Shown here in pieces: positions 1 to 14,531 of a stretch of DNA of 64,000 bases. The DNA comes from Chrysomallon squamiferum (taxonomy: Eukaryota > Animalia > Mollusca). Every line of letters begins with the position of its first letter. The stretch's first letter is position 1. Under the pieces are notes generated by a model that saw only the letters and a list, made by a program, of their open reading frames with translations, did not search any database and was not told the DNA's origin. The position numbers and the translations under genes are program-made. The stretch lies in assembly GCA_012295275.1 (NCBI GenBank), contig CM022665.1, forward strand, positions 45,446,001 through 45,510,000. Reading direction: 5' to 3'.

Positions 1-710
1 CAGCTTTATATGTATGACGAATCTGATTTGTTAAATATTATCCTGTAAATACCGTAGTTAAAAATTCTGCACACTTGTACGTCTTCAAATATTAAATACA
101 CCAACAAAAATATATTTAGGGTTTATTATTTTGAAAGTTTTGTTAGAATTAACTGCATCAAGAAGTCATTGTGTATCTGTAAATAATAATAATAATGATG
201 ATGATGATGATGATGATGATAGTAATAATAATCATCATAATAGTAATAAGTACAATAATAATAATAGTAGTAGTAATAAATACAATAATAATATAAAACT
301 AATATGTCTGAAAATAATAATTTCAGTAGAAATATGTTGTAGAATATAATTGAAAATTACTCTTTATCTGGTGCAAAAAAAAAATATTAAAAAAATTATA
401 AAAAATAGATAAATTAAAAAAAATTCAGAAGATTTTTGATTTTGTTGAGATATAAAAGTATATTTTTAATTTTTGTAGCCACCTGGTATTTTGTATATGA
501 AAGACAAATCTCATTATATAACAGTTTGAATAAATTTTTTTTTTTTTTTTAAACCTTTGCTTATAGCTCAAGTATTATTCATTTGCAAAACTGCAATATA
601 TTGGAATGTTTTTAATTGTTATTAAATATAAATGAAATAATTCATTTAATTTATTTCAACCATAATTAATACTTTAATTTGGAAATATACACCATGTTTG
701 ATAAACTACA

Positions 711-895
711 AATTTGATTGGGCAAAATACGAAAAAGCTGAATTTGATTGGTCCATTTGTTATACCACATTGAACTTGATTGGTTCATATACTGAATAAT
801 ACTGAATTTTATTGGTCAGTTTGTTATACCACATTGAATTTGATTGGTTCATGTTTTGAATGATGCTGAATTTGATTAGACTTCATATACCACAT
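711..895. repeat. ~32-bp minisatellite (64-bp dimer higher order), ~6 units, each with ATTGG or a variant
   Basis: gaatttgattggt core recurring; ATTGG at 717, 747, 779, 811, 843 and ATTAG at 875. Confidence 0.85.
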
Positions 896-1277
896 TTTAT
901 AAAACAAATTTTCTGTTATGTACATTTTTTTTTTTTTTTTTTTTTTTTTAAAGCTGTTTTCTACTAGCATCATTTATTCACTGCACATTTTTCATCATTG
1001 TGTCAAAGTGCAAACCAACATTACCTCAAAATAATTGTTAAAAAATGAATAACTGCCCAAGATAATTTGACATATTGTTGGGTTTATTTTTATTATTATT
1101 TTTTTAAAATTACGAATCAATAGCCTAAATACTTTATGCAATCTTTCAACTGCTTACATTGCTAATAATAAAGTATGACAAAAATTACTTTATTATTATT
1201 GATTCAGGAGGAGGTTTCAGAATTCAGAGCTTATTTTGGATTTTGGAATTTCTAATAAAGGATCATCATTATTTTTT

Positions 1278-1313
<36 letters not shown>

Positions 1314-1641
1314 ATAAGAATCTAAGATATGACAGGATATGACCAGTATCCAGTTAAGAAAGTAAAATGATAACTTCCATGGATCCATGGATCCCAATCA
1401 GTTGAAAGTACACAAAGTATTTAGGCTTTTTGTTATAGTTTAAATGTCAATGAAATAACAACCACTTAAATGTATAAAGTATCCAGAATTCTTGGTTATA
1501 ATTTGTTTATAAAACAAACAAAAAATGTGGAATCTCACTTTATGATTTAACATTCCTTAATGTAGCTGAATTGTAAATAATGTTAAAACAACGAATTACT
1601 GAACAAAATTTAATGAATGTTTGTATACAAATAAAAGTATT

Positions 1642-1680
<39 letters not shown>

Positions 1681-3798
1681 TAACAGTTGTAAATAAAAAA
1701 TTTAAATAATAAAATTATAAAAAAATATCACAAAAAAAAAAAAAAAAAAAAAATGTTCATTAAAAAAAAAAAAATGTATTGCTGTTAGTTATCATTTGTC
1801 TAAGGAACATTTAAATATTTATTTATTATTTTTATTTTTTTTAAATATTTTTTATACTGTTTCTTTTATCAATATGAAAACAGGTGTAAAAATATCACAT
1901 ATTCAGTTAATTAGAATTATTTTTGAAAAGCCTAAATAAACAAACTTTTACAAACATTCAGCATTCTTCAGAAAAGAGGGTATCATTCTGTTATGGGTTT
2001 AACAAGCACTTTATTTATTTATTTAAATCCACAGATCTGGATTTTGGGGTTACGGTGGAGGTCTGACATCTCTATTTTTTTTTTTTTTTTTTTTTATTTT
2101 ATTAATAATAATTAATTTTTAGTTTACAAGAATGTGTAGCCTCACATTCCACCATTAACTGCCAGATCTGGGAATGAAAGACAAGGTTCAACAAAAACCT
2201 GTGGTTAATTTTGTGAAAGAAGATGAAATGTAGATTTGTGTGGCATAATGTCTTGTGAATATAACAATCAATGCTGTTGTATGACTTTGAACATAATTTT
2301 TACAATAAAGTGCAATTGTTTGTATGAAGTCTCGTTTTTAATTCTGTCAGTAACAGTGAAATTAATCTTGTGCAATTCCTTTTCAGGGTTTTCGAAATAT
2401 GCATTATCCAGTGAAGATTTAGTTATGATGGACACATAAAGCAAGATTATTTTTCCATGAGAAAATTGCTTTTAAAAAAATGAACAAAAAAACCCATCAA
2501 ATATGAAACTTGTCAGTTTGTTGTTTTTTTTAAATTTATTTTTATCGATTACTTCTAGTAGAAGCATCGGTTTATCTGAGATGTGTTATTATATTTACAG
2601 TCAACTGGTTCAATCTTTTTTTTAAACAGGAAAAGATGAAGAAACAATTTGTATTAGGTTGGAACAAAACTTTGTAGAGTTTTAGATCAATTCATCACTC
2701 TGGAAGGATGAAATCAAGAAACAGATGGTGAAAGGGAGTGAAACAAAATGGAACACGTGTTTGGATAAAAAAATCTATGTACAAATATCTTAAATACTGT
2801 CTTTGAATCTTACTTTAAAAATGCTATGCACTTTTGTTCCAAACACAATATTTGCAATCAGTTAATGGTTGTATGAATATGTTTCATTTAAACGAGCAAA
2901 GAAAAAAAACAAAAGACTGGAAAGTTTTGGAGTTAGTTTATTTTGATTATAGATTGGACATCATCACCAGACAATATTCCATGTTAATGTGTCTCCTAAA
3001 GGAACATAATAATTATATTAAAAATAAATAAATAAAAAATAAACGCAGGATAGTGGAAAGTACAAAGAGTTTATTATTTTTTATTATAGATATAAAAAAT
3101 AAGTAAGAACGACAGGAACTGAAAGAAAAGAAATTAAGAAAAAGTTAAAAATAAAAATAAAGAGCAAACCAATACTCAATTTGTCAAGTGAAAATGTCCA
3201 ACATTTCATTGCATCCCAAAACCATTAATTAATACAGTCAGTAAAATTTGAATATAATTTGTTTAATTGATATTAACATGATGTTGCTGAAGGAGTGAAC
3301 TTTTAAAACAATACTTCATCTTTCTGCCGTAGATATTCTGCAGAAAAATCAAATTGTCATTGACCAATGTGAAATATTATTGGCCAGCAACAATATTAAA
3401 TTTTTAAAAAAAATTCTAAATACATTTTATTCACAAATAAAAAAAACGAAATTTAATCTTAAAAGATTCATTATTTTTGTCAGGGAAAACTATTTTGAAA
3501 TTGAAAACAATACTTCACTTAGCTACAATCAGAAAGTGTAACAACTAAATTCATGTAGAGTTTCAGATTCTAAATTTTAATTCTGGCATCAGTTATTTTA
3601 TAAAATTAACACGCAATTATTAAGATTTATTTAACTCAAAAATAATCCTAATTTTTAATTCTTGCATCAAGCTATATACACAAACTTTTTAAGTCACCTT
3701 CATGCATTAAACTTGTTTCAAAAACAAAGATTTTTTTGATTTTTTTTTGTTTTAAAAATTACAAAATTTTACTGACTGTACTAGAAATAAAATAATCT

Positions 3799-3835
<37 letters not shown>

Positions 3836-3987
3836 ATAGAGATTTCCTGATAAATTATCCTAACTTTGACTTGTGTTTTCTCTGATGTGGCTGTGAAAAA
3901 GCCATCATGAAAAAAAAAAAAAAAAAGTTAATTGGTTATATACTATCTTTCACTTGTGTTGATGAGAAAAAAACGAATCTCTTGCAC

Positions 3988-4053
3988 TCAACGCTGGTAG
4001 CCGAACTCTTTAGCATCGTCCTCGGTGAAGTCGCCATAGCACCAAATGTTTCG
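3988..4053 (-). CDS. SND1: SND1 last coding exon 22
   Basis: [21 protein letters not shown]-stop(TGA). Confidence 0.95.
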   Translation of the reverse strand, partial: RNIWCYGDFTEDDAKEFGYQR

Positions 4054-6509
4054 CTGAAAACAAATTTTAAATTTTTTTTCTTTATAATGAAGTATATTTT
4101 AACAAGTTAATGAAAGTGAATGGAAAATTCTCAGTAATGTATTTTTTTTTTTTTAAAAATGTTATTTTTAATTTTCCATTTTTTTACTTATAACTTTGAT
4201 CATCTGAGTAAAGTGACATAGGGCATTTGTTATTTTACATGGCATATTTTAATATTTTTATATAAACTTTTATGCACACAAATACCAAAAAAAAAAATAA
4301 AAAAATCAATCTCTGATAACTTAGGAGACACCAACTTTACAGTTATTAATTCAAGTCTTATGGAGTTTTGATTCCAGCTAGCTAATAGTAACATAGCAAA
4401 AGAGATTATTTAAAATTTAAATTAAAATTTAACATGAAGAAAATTACAAGGTTTTAAAAACTTTTTTTAACAAAACCTACTACCTCAAAGAATATTTAAA
4501 AAAAAAAAAAATATATATTAAAATTTAATCTGAAGAAAATTACAAGATTTAAAAAGTTTTTTTTTTAACAAAACCTCCTACCTCAAAGAATATTTAAAAA
4601 TAAAAAAATATATATTAAAAATTTAATATAAAGAAAATTACAAGATTTAAAAAACCTATTTGTTTTTAACAAAACCCCCCAAAAAATATGTAATATAAAT
4701 TATATATATTTATGAATTAAGAATTTCCTAAGTCTCACCCTCTCGCTCTTGGCTTTGTCTTGAGACTTGAGATAATCGGACACAAGCTTGGCAAGTCTCT
4801 TCTCCTTCCTCTGCTCCACGAGGACCAGTCCCTCAGCCACCAGTGCCAGCCCAACATCGTCCTTGCTGTCAGGGTTCACCAGCGTCACGCAGTCGGGCGA
4901 CCCCTTGTACTCGACGTTCAGCAACAGCTGCTTGTTCAGAATGTCATTGTACAGCGCATCCAGAGCATCTTTCTTTGACTCGTCCTGTAACAACAGTTTT
5001 TTGTGTTTTAATAATTCTCTCGTATGACTTCGTATTAAAAAACAACTAAAAAAAACCCCATGTAACAACAGTTATTTGTAAATTAATAATTCTCTTGTAT
5101 GACTTCGTATTAAAAAACAACAACAAAAAAAACAAACATGTAACAACAGTTTTTTGTAAATTAAAAATTCTTTTGTATGACTTCATATTAAAAAACAACA
5201 ACAAAAAAAAAACATGTAACAGTTATTTGTAAATTAATAATTCTCTTGTATGACTTCATATTAAAAAAAACATGTAACTAGTTATTTGTAAATTAAAAAT
5301 TCTCTTGTATGACTTCATAGTAAAAAAAAACAACAAAAAAAACCCCATGTAACAACAGTTATTTGTATTTTAATAATTCTCTTGTATGACTTCATATTAA
5401 AAAAACAACAAAAAAAACCATGTAACAACAGTTATTTGTATTTTAATAATTCTCTTGTATGACTTCATATTAAAAAACAACAAAAAAAACCATGTAACAA
5501 CAGTTATTTGTATTTTAATAATTCTTTTGTATGACTTCAAATTAAAAAAACCATGTAACAACAGTTATTTGTAAATTAAAAATTCTCTTGTATGACTTCA
5601 TATTAAAAAAACAAAAAACAAAAAACCCCATGTAACAACAGTTATTTGTAAATTAAAAATTCTTTTGTACGAGTTCATGTTAAAACGAAACAATCCTGCA
5701 ACACATCAATTAAATAATCACTAAAGAATAATAATACATGATTATCATCATCATCCATGGAGAATATATTAACAGCAGAATTAGTAACTGACAATTCTGG
5801 AGAAAAAAAAAAAGAGGTAATTATACTGTAAAATATTAAGCAAGACATTTTATCTAATTTGTAGTTTTTTAGATAAGAGCGATTCAAATTAATTGGTCTG
5901 GGTTTTTTTTTCCCTATCCCCAACAGTATTGTACCCAACTCAAGTTACAATTGTTGATTCAATTGTAATCAAAATCGTTGGAAGTGTGCACATGAAGATT
6001 AAACTTTTACACAGCTGTCTGTATCACCATCACACTTTAATCAGTATGCTTGATTATGTTCATAACCACGACAATGCAACAGAATCCAACCATATTACAC
6101 AGATTCAAGTATTTAGCCTTTCAGAGTACTATTTTTTGCAATACTGGTTGAGATCTAACATATTTAATACATATAAAAAAACTACGTAATCTTTAAAATA
6201 ATGAACCCATACTGTACATCTTTTACAGTAAGGAACACATAAAACGCTGTCTAAAATAATGCACACAAAAGGTAAAATTGGCTTTACTACGATGTACGTA
6301 TGTGACAGTGTTGAGTATACACTAGGTAAGGTGTTAAAACGTGTGTTAAATGTATCGCTGAGAAATGCTGAAGGTTGACAACTTACGTCATTAGGGAGTG
6401 TGATGCAGGCCAGAGTGTAAGGTGTGGCTTGAGCTGGCAGTGAACGGAAACACATCGGTAAAGCAGCCAGATCTGCTGTTGTCATAGTTTCTTTCTGTAG
6501 TAATAATAA

Positions 6510-6547
<38 letters not shown>

Positions 6548-8197
6548 ATTGTAATAATAGTAGTAGTAGTAGTAATAATAATAATAATAGTAATAATAAT
6601 AGTAATAATAATAGTAATAATAATAATAACTAATAATAATAATAATAGCAATAGTAATAATAATAACTACTACTACTACTACTACTACTAATAGTAATAA
6701 TAGTAATAATAATAGTAATAGCAGTAATAGTAATAATAATAATAGTAGTAGTAATAATAATAATAGTAGTATTAGTAATAATAATAATAGTAAAGGGAAT
6801 AGAGGTGATAAGAATAATAATAGCAATAATAATAATATTAATGATAATAGTAAGTTATTGCAATACTAATGGTAATAGTAATAACAACAGCAACAACAAC
6901 ACCACTAATTATCTACTGATAATAGTAGGAGTAATAACAAAAATAATAACAAAAATAATAATAATAATAATAATAACAACAAGCAGTAGTAGTAGTAATA
7001 ACAGTAAAAATATAACAACAAGACAAAGGTAATAACAATCATCCCTGAAAAGGCATTTGGTGCACTTTTTTAAGCTGTGGTCAATTCTGACTTGTTATTT
7101 AACATTTTTCACCATTAGAATCTGAAATTACCATCCCTTCATACATACATACATACATCCTCATATTAACAATCACATCTAGCTTACACTGAAAAAATGA
7201 TAAATCTTACGTTTCCATAGTCTATAAACATGACAGTAATTCTAGATCCTTCGATTTTCTCAATTCTGCCACGATACCTGAAAACAGACAACAATTCTAG
7301 CATTAAATAAAATAAAATAAAATAAAAATAAAATTACAAAAAATAATAATAATAAAAAAAAAAAACGAAATAACAAAACAAAACAAAAATATAATAAAAA
7401 AAAAAATAAAAAAAATAGTAATAATAATAGTAATAATAATTAAAAAAAAAATTAAAATAATAATAATAACAACATACAAGTAACAAAAACAAAAAACCAT
7501 CAAAAATATCCCCCATTAGCACAAAATTTCAGCAAAGGTAATATCTTTGATAGCTTACACTATTACCGAACCTCTACTTGTACAATAAGCTGTGTATTTG
7601 TTTACTAGTGACATACGAACAGTATCTCACCACTGCTTGTCCTCTGAGAACCGCGCTGCACACATGTCTCCTTTCACTGGTTTGTAGGCTCCTGGCAGAG
7701 GAGGGTTACACTCCATCTCCTTGTGGAGCTGCTCCATCAGCTGATCAAGCTGTGGACCTGAATGATTAAAAACGTTATTTAGTAATTAACATAACATTTT
7801 TATTTAGAGAATTCTTTTTTTTAAATCCAGATTCAAATCTATTGTAAAGTTTACATCTGCAAGTGCCAACAAACAGTTTCAATGGATTTTGTAATTATCT
7901 GGTAGCAGGAGACTAGCCATTACCTAATAATAAAGTATTACCATATCATAACAAATATTCAGGGGTTTCACAAAGACTATGAATATTCCTGGCATCACAC
8001 AAGTGTTTCTTACACAGACGTATATACAAAACAGGAAAGATGAATTTTTATGATTATTTACACTCTCTTCCTTTCTTGTCTTCAGAATCAATACATAAAC
8101 CACATGAAATAAATTCAATACTTGAACATTATCTGCAACTGAAAAACCACGAACAAGAAAAATTTAACTTCCTCTCTCTCTTTCATGTTCTGTAACA

Positions 8198-8263
<66 letters not shown>

Positions 8264-10692
8264 CATTTTTTCTTGAAACAAAAAACTACTTCTGGTGCAG
8301 CCCCATGCAGAAAATTAACGAGTAATAATTTTTTTTTTTTTACCATTTTCGACAAACTGCACGTAGAACTTGAGATCGTCGGCCGTCACTTCAGTGACAA
8401 CTACGCTGCGATGGTTCACTTTTCTCTCTACTGGTTCCTCCACTATCTCTTCAGGCTTTGGTTCCTCGTACGTTGACCAGATCTGTGAAAAAAAAAATAT
8501 TAATAATAAAAAATTAAAAAAATTAAATAATAATTAATAATTCTTTACAAAATGTGAGTTTATTTCATTTTTTTTTTTTTTTAAATTATTAGAATAATAT
8601 TTTTTCTTTTTCTTTTTAAAAAAGAAAACAAAAAGAATAAAGAATAAAATAAAAAAAGAGATAAAAAACAATTGAAGAAAGAGAAAAAAAAGGAACTCAA
8701 TTTGACTGAGGGGAAATCTTTACATTATTTGAAGTTATAATAAAAAAACTGAAGCTCAACAACACCTGATGATAAAAAAAATAAAAAAACAAAAAATCAT
8801 CTGCCACCATATTTATGAAGAAAAAACACATAAAAGGCTACAAACACACCTAAATGACCAAAATGAACAGAACAATAACTGCAAATTAGGAAGGAACGTA
8901 GTACATTTTTTTTTAAATTTAATGTTTTATTTATTACCATAAGTTTCTGTTCTTTGGCCTTCTCCTCGGCAGTCACCAGACTCTTGTAATGTGGACTGCG
9001 CTCTGCAGTGAAGTGTACTTTAGCCAGACCAGCTTCCACTAGAGACAGAGACAAGTTGGTACCGTCCACGAACAACCAGCCGATGAAGTTACCTCCCTTG
9101 TCAATAGACTCCACTTCTACTTCCACCTAATAATAAGATGTATAGTTTTATTATGTACATATTTATTATAATTAGTAAAAAAAAAAAAAAAAAATTAAAA
9201 TTAAAATAAAAATAAATAGGTGTACAAATCTTTACACATATTTGTATCTATATTTATTTTTTAAATTCTTTTTTAATTACTTAACACCAAATAAAAATAA
9301 AAAATATTTAAAAAAAACCAAAATATTCTCCATGTTTATTCATATCAAAAAGGCTCTCTAAGTTTTAGTCGTATCAAAATAAAATTCTTATAAAAAAAAA
9401 AATCCTTAATACTGTAACACATTCAATACACCAGACACATGCTGAATCGTTAATTAAAATCAATTTAGAAAACATCAAAAAGTGATCTAACTGTAAACAG
9501 AAAAGTGTATACCAAGTGTTTGACACAGCTGTGACAAGAAAGACTGGGTGAATTCTTGCATGTTACATATTAAATGTATTTAACTATAGCACTTCTAATG
9601 TTAGGAACTGTGTGAAATTTCAACAGGAAAGACTGTGTGAATTCTTGAATGTTACATATTAAATGTATTTAACTGATGTACTTCTAATGTTAGGAACTGT
9701 GTGAAATTTGAACAGGAAAGACTGTGTGAATTCTTGAATGTTACATATTAAATGTATTTAACTACAGCACTTCTAATGTCAGGAACTGTGTGAAATTTCA
9801 ACAGGAAAGACTGGGTTATGAATTCTTGCATGTTACGTATTAAATGTATTCAACTACAGTACTTCTAATGTTAGGAACTGTGTGAAATTTTTCTAATGTC
9901 AGGAACAGTGTGAAATTTGAACAGGAAAGACTGAATTCTTGCATGTTACATATCAAATGTATTCAACTACAGTACTTCTAATGTTAGGAAATGTGTGAAA
10001 TTTCAACAAGAAAGACTCTGTGAATTCTTGCATGTTACATATTAAATGTATTTAACTGATGTACTTCTAATGTCAGGAACTGTGTGAAATTTCAACAGGA
10101 AAGACTGGATGTGAATTCTTGCATGTTACATATTAAATGTATTTAACTGATGTACTTCTAATTTCAGGAACTGTGTGAAATTTGAACAGGAAAGACTGGA
10201 TGTGAATTCTTGCATGTTACATATCAAATGTATTTAACTACAGCACTTCTAATGTTAGGAACTGTGTGAAATTTCAATAGGAAAGACTGGATTCATTACT
10301 AATCAGACTGGATGTGAATTCTTGCATGTTACATATTAAATGTATTTAACTGATGTACTTCTAATGTTAGGAACTGTGTGAAATTTCAACAGGAAAGACT
10401 GGATTCATTACTAATCAGACTGGGTGTGAATTCTTGCATGTTACATATTAAATGTATTTAACTACAGCACTTCTAATGTTAGGAACTGTGTGAAATTTGA
10501 ACAGACCTCTCTCTGCAGGCAAAGCTCCTTTGTGAGCAGGAGGGCTTCTTCACCATATGGCTCAGCAGGATTCATCACTCCTCCAGGACCAGGCCGCGAC
10601 GCACGTGGACACTCAATACCTGACAGTTTTTATAATATAATATAATAATAATAATAATAATAATAATAGTAATAATAATAATAATAGTAATA

Positions 10693-10762
<70 letters not shown>

Positions 10763-10812
10763 TAATAATAATAATAGTAATAATAATAGTAATACTAATA
10801 ATAATAGTAACA

Positions 10813-10850
<38 letters not shown>

Positions 10851-12987
10851 TAGTAGTAGTAGAAGAGGTAACAGTAACAACAATAATAAATATAAAATTG
10901 AATAACAATACTAATATTACTACTAATAATTGTAAGTGTAGAAGTAGCAGTAACAACAATAATAAAAATAAAATTAAAATAACAATAATAATAGCAATTA
11001 ATAATAATAATAATAATAAAAATAAAATTAAAATAATAATGAAAATAAAACAATAATGATAATGATATTAACAAAAATGATAACAGTAATATTATAATAA
11101 TGATGACAACAACAATAATTATTATGATATAATAAAAAAATAAAACTAATAACAAGTTTTATAAAAACAGATTAATTTCACTAATGTATACAAAGATATA
11201 CTGATGACAGATAAGTTCACAGACAGAAAGACATACAGGAACAAATACACTGAAACAGCAATGATATTTTTTCTTCTCCACTTTTTTAAAGAAACTAGTT
11301 TCTTCGGTATCAAAATTCTTTTTTTCGTGTTACTATTTTCTGTTTCAAAACAATATAAATTAAACCAGAGTTGAGATTTTTTTTTTTTACCTGATACGAG
11401 GAAGGTGATCAGACACGTCTCCTTCGGCAAGTAGAGTGAACAGATAAATTCACAGACCACAAACACAGGAACAAATACACTGTTGGAGAAAAGGTAAAAC
11501 TGTTTGGCCTTCTCGGAACATCCTGCTTTAAAAACACAACGAGAAGAAAGCAGTTTATAAAATGTGAAACCTTACGTTAATTGGATGTTGAAGTCTTTTT
11601 TTTTTTTTTTTTTTTTTAATTCTTATGAGATTTGACTGAAATCTTAACATGTCAGTTATATATCACAAAAGAGATAAAAAAAATAATAATAATAATTTAA
11701 AAAAAGAAAGAAATGATAATCAATCTCTAAAGGGGTCCTGATTGGGTTGGTTTAATTGTAGAAACTGAAAATTTGAACTCCATAACTGATAGGTCAAATG
11801 AACTCAAATTTATAAAAGTTAAAAATATCTACATGCTGTAATAGAGAGGTCTTTTTTTTTTTTTTTTTATTTTACGGTTTTTGTTTTTCTATTTAAAAAG
11901 TTTTAGAGTTGTCTGTTATGATAACATCCTCTGATTAAAATGAACAAATTAGTCAATAATAATTAAAAATAAAAAGAAATGTCTGTAAACAAACCACTAA
12001 CAACTGAAGCAAAAATATATTTAAAAAAAAACCCCAAAACAAACAAAAATCAATAAAAATATACAATAAAACCCCAAATTTAAAAAAAAAAAACAAAAAA
12101 AACAAATCAGAGAAAAATTAAAAATAAAGTGTAATATCCATAAAATTAAAAAAAATTGCAAAAAATCACAAAAAATAAAACAACAATTGAAAAACTAAAA
12201 AAATAACAAACAATACTAAAGATACTGATGAAATTAACTGCCCCCAAAACAAAATCACCACGACCAACAACAAATACACGAGGTAAAAAAAAAAAAAAAA
12301 AAGGAAATATAATAAAAAATAAAAATACAAAATACAATCTGAACAGTCACAAATGGCAGACTATATCTTTTGAATGCACCAGTCTTATCATTTAAATTAA
12401 CTTAATTTTACAAGAAAGAAGATATCGACTGATACTAACCCCAGCGATGTCTGCGACTCTGTGGATGGGCGGTTCTTTCTTCGAGTGCATGCCGACGCCC
12501 TTTTTCTGGGCCCTGGCCTCAGCAGCCAGCAACACATCATACTGTGATGACCGCTGGTCATCGTCCTGGCGATAGCGGATCACTGTGGCAAGACCTTTGC
12601 TGACCAGAGCTTCGGCCACGTTTCTGTGAAAAATAAATACACAGATTTTTAATTTTTTTTTTTTTTTTTTTTTCAAGGCAGAGAAATATTTTTAATGAAA
12701 AGTTCTTTTTATTTCCCCATTTTTTTTTTTTTTTTTTTTTTTCTTTCATGATAGGAAAACAAATTTGAAAATCAACCATTATGACAGAAAAAATAATACT
12801 AACACACACACACATACATACATAATATACACACATACACATACACATCTATTTTTTTTGTTGTTATTATTATTATACATATATTTAACCCAATTTCTCA
12901 CTGTATTTTTCTATACTGAGTATTTGTTCTAATCTGAAAATCTTTTACAGAACAGGTGTATAGGTCTAAATTTTATTTTTTTGCACA

Positions 12988-13021
<34 letters not shown>

Positions 13022-14497
13022 ATACATATATACACACACATACATACATATATACACACACACACAAAACATACATACACACACACACACACACACAATA
13101 TATATACACACACACAAACACACACATAATACAAACACACACACACACACAGACGGACACAGACACAGACACACACACACACACACACACAATAACAACT
13201 GGCAAACAAATAATGAACACTAATCACATACATTCCCCCAATGGTGACAGTACAACACGTTTTTTCAGGGAATCCTTGGTTAGGAGGCTGAATGTAATCC
13301 ACTTCCACTGACACCTGAAATGAAAATCATCAGGTCAGAAAAAAAAAAAAAAAAATGTCCAGACACAGTAACAGGGTCTTTCAAATCTTTATATTAGTGT
13401 TGATATTAAAACAATTTTATTGTTGTTTGGCAGTAAAATGCATAGTGCAAATCATTTATGTTAAACAACATACACATTAATAAATTAATATTTTACGTTA
13501 AATAACATATACATTAATAAATAAAATATTTTATTTTAAATAACATATATATTAATAATGTAATATTTTACATTAAATGCAAAATCAGAATTTTTAACAA
13601 GCACAATAATTTATGATTTATGTACACATTTTGTAATAAAAACAAGTAGTCACAAAAAATTTACAGTTTTTTAAATAAAAAAATAATATATACAACAATA
13701 AAATGTTATTTTCCACAACTTTTCAGCAGTTACTGTCTGTTGTTAATAAGGTTACAGAATAAGACTCACTTTTTTGCCAATCAGTTTTTTCCTCAGGAAC
13801 TCCCGAGCTTCAAACATGTAGGGAATGTCATACAGTGGTCGAATTCTCTTGTTGGTGTCACGAGCTGGGACGTTCTCTCCTGCTTCTTGAGGTAATCTGG
13901 TTTTTAAAAAAAAAATAATAATAATAATAATAAAAAAAATAATAAAAAAATAATAATAAAATGAAATGAACTGAAAAAAAAAAAAAAATAAAAAAAATAA
14001 CGAAAAAAACAAGAAATAAATTAAAAAAAAAATTAAAATTAAAAAAAAAAAAAAGAATAGAATAGAATATTCTTATTTATGATGCATAATATGTATATAA
14101 AAATATTTTTCATACTAATCAGTGTAAGTTAAATAATTTTTAAAATAACAGAAATGATGAAAGCAAAAGATAAATTATTTAATATTTTAATTCGATGGAA
14201 GCTTAAATTAATTAGAACAAATTTAAAGGTAGATTAACCTCACAAATGTTTTTTTTTGGGGCAGATTTATCTCAAGGGCATTTTTAAAAATAGATCAACT
14301 CTTAAGTGACTGATGAGTTTTAATGGTAATCAGTTAAGATCAATTAAACAAACAGGCAACTAAAGGTAGCTTAAGCTGACGAATCAGTGTTAGATTTTAG
14401 TTAACTAATTAAAGTCATAGTTGAATACTTTCATTGGTGAAGAATTAAAAAAATTAAAAAACCGATTACATAGTCTTACAATTCTAAACAAATATTC

Positions 14498-14531
<34 letters not shown>

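Noticed and set aside
1-3987. Additional gene or RNA gene downstream of SND1
   Set aside because: Only AT-rich, UTR-like or intergenic sequence; no coding, tRNA or rRNA signal recognised.
6391-7522. Poly-L/I/Y/T/N ORFs here and throughout (e.g. 10575-11155, 12929-13223, 33265-33787, 35285-35785, 54405-54883)
   Set aside because: They are translations of microsatellites with no protein-family signal.
4985-10505. Two longer-unit arrays as possible CRISPR or coding repeats
   Set aside because: No spacers, no sustained ORF, and both lie inside SND1 introns.
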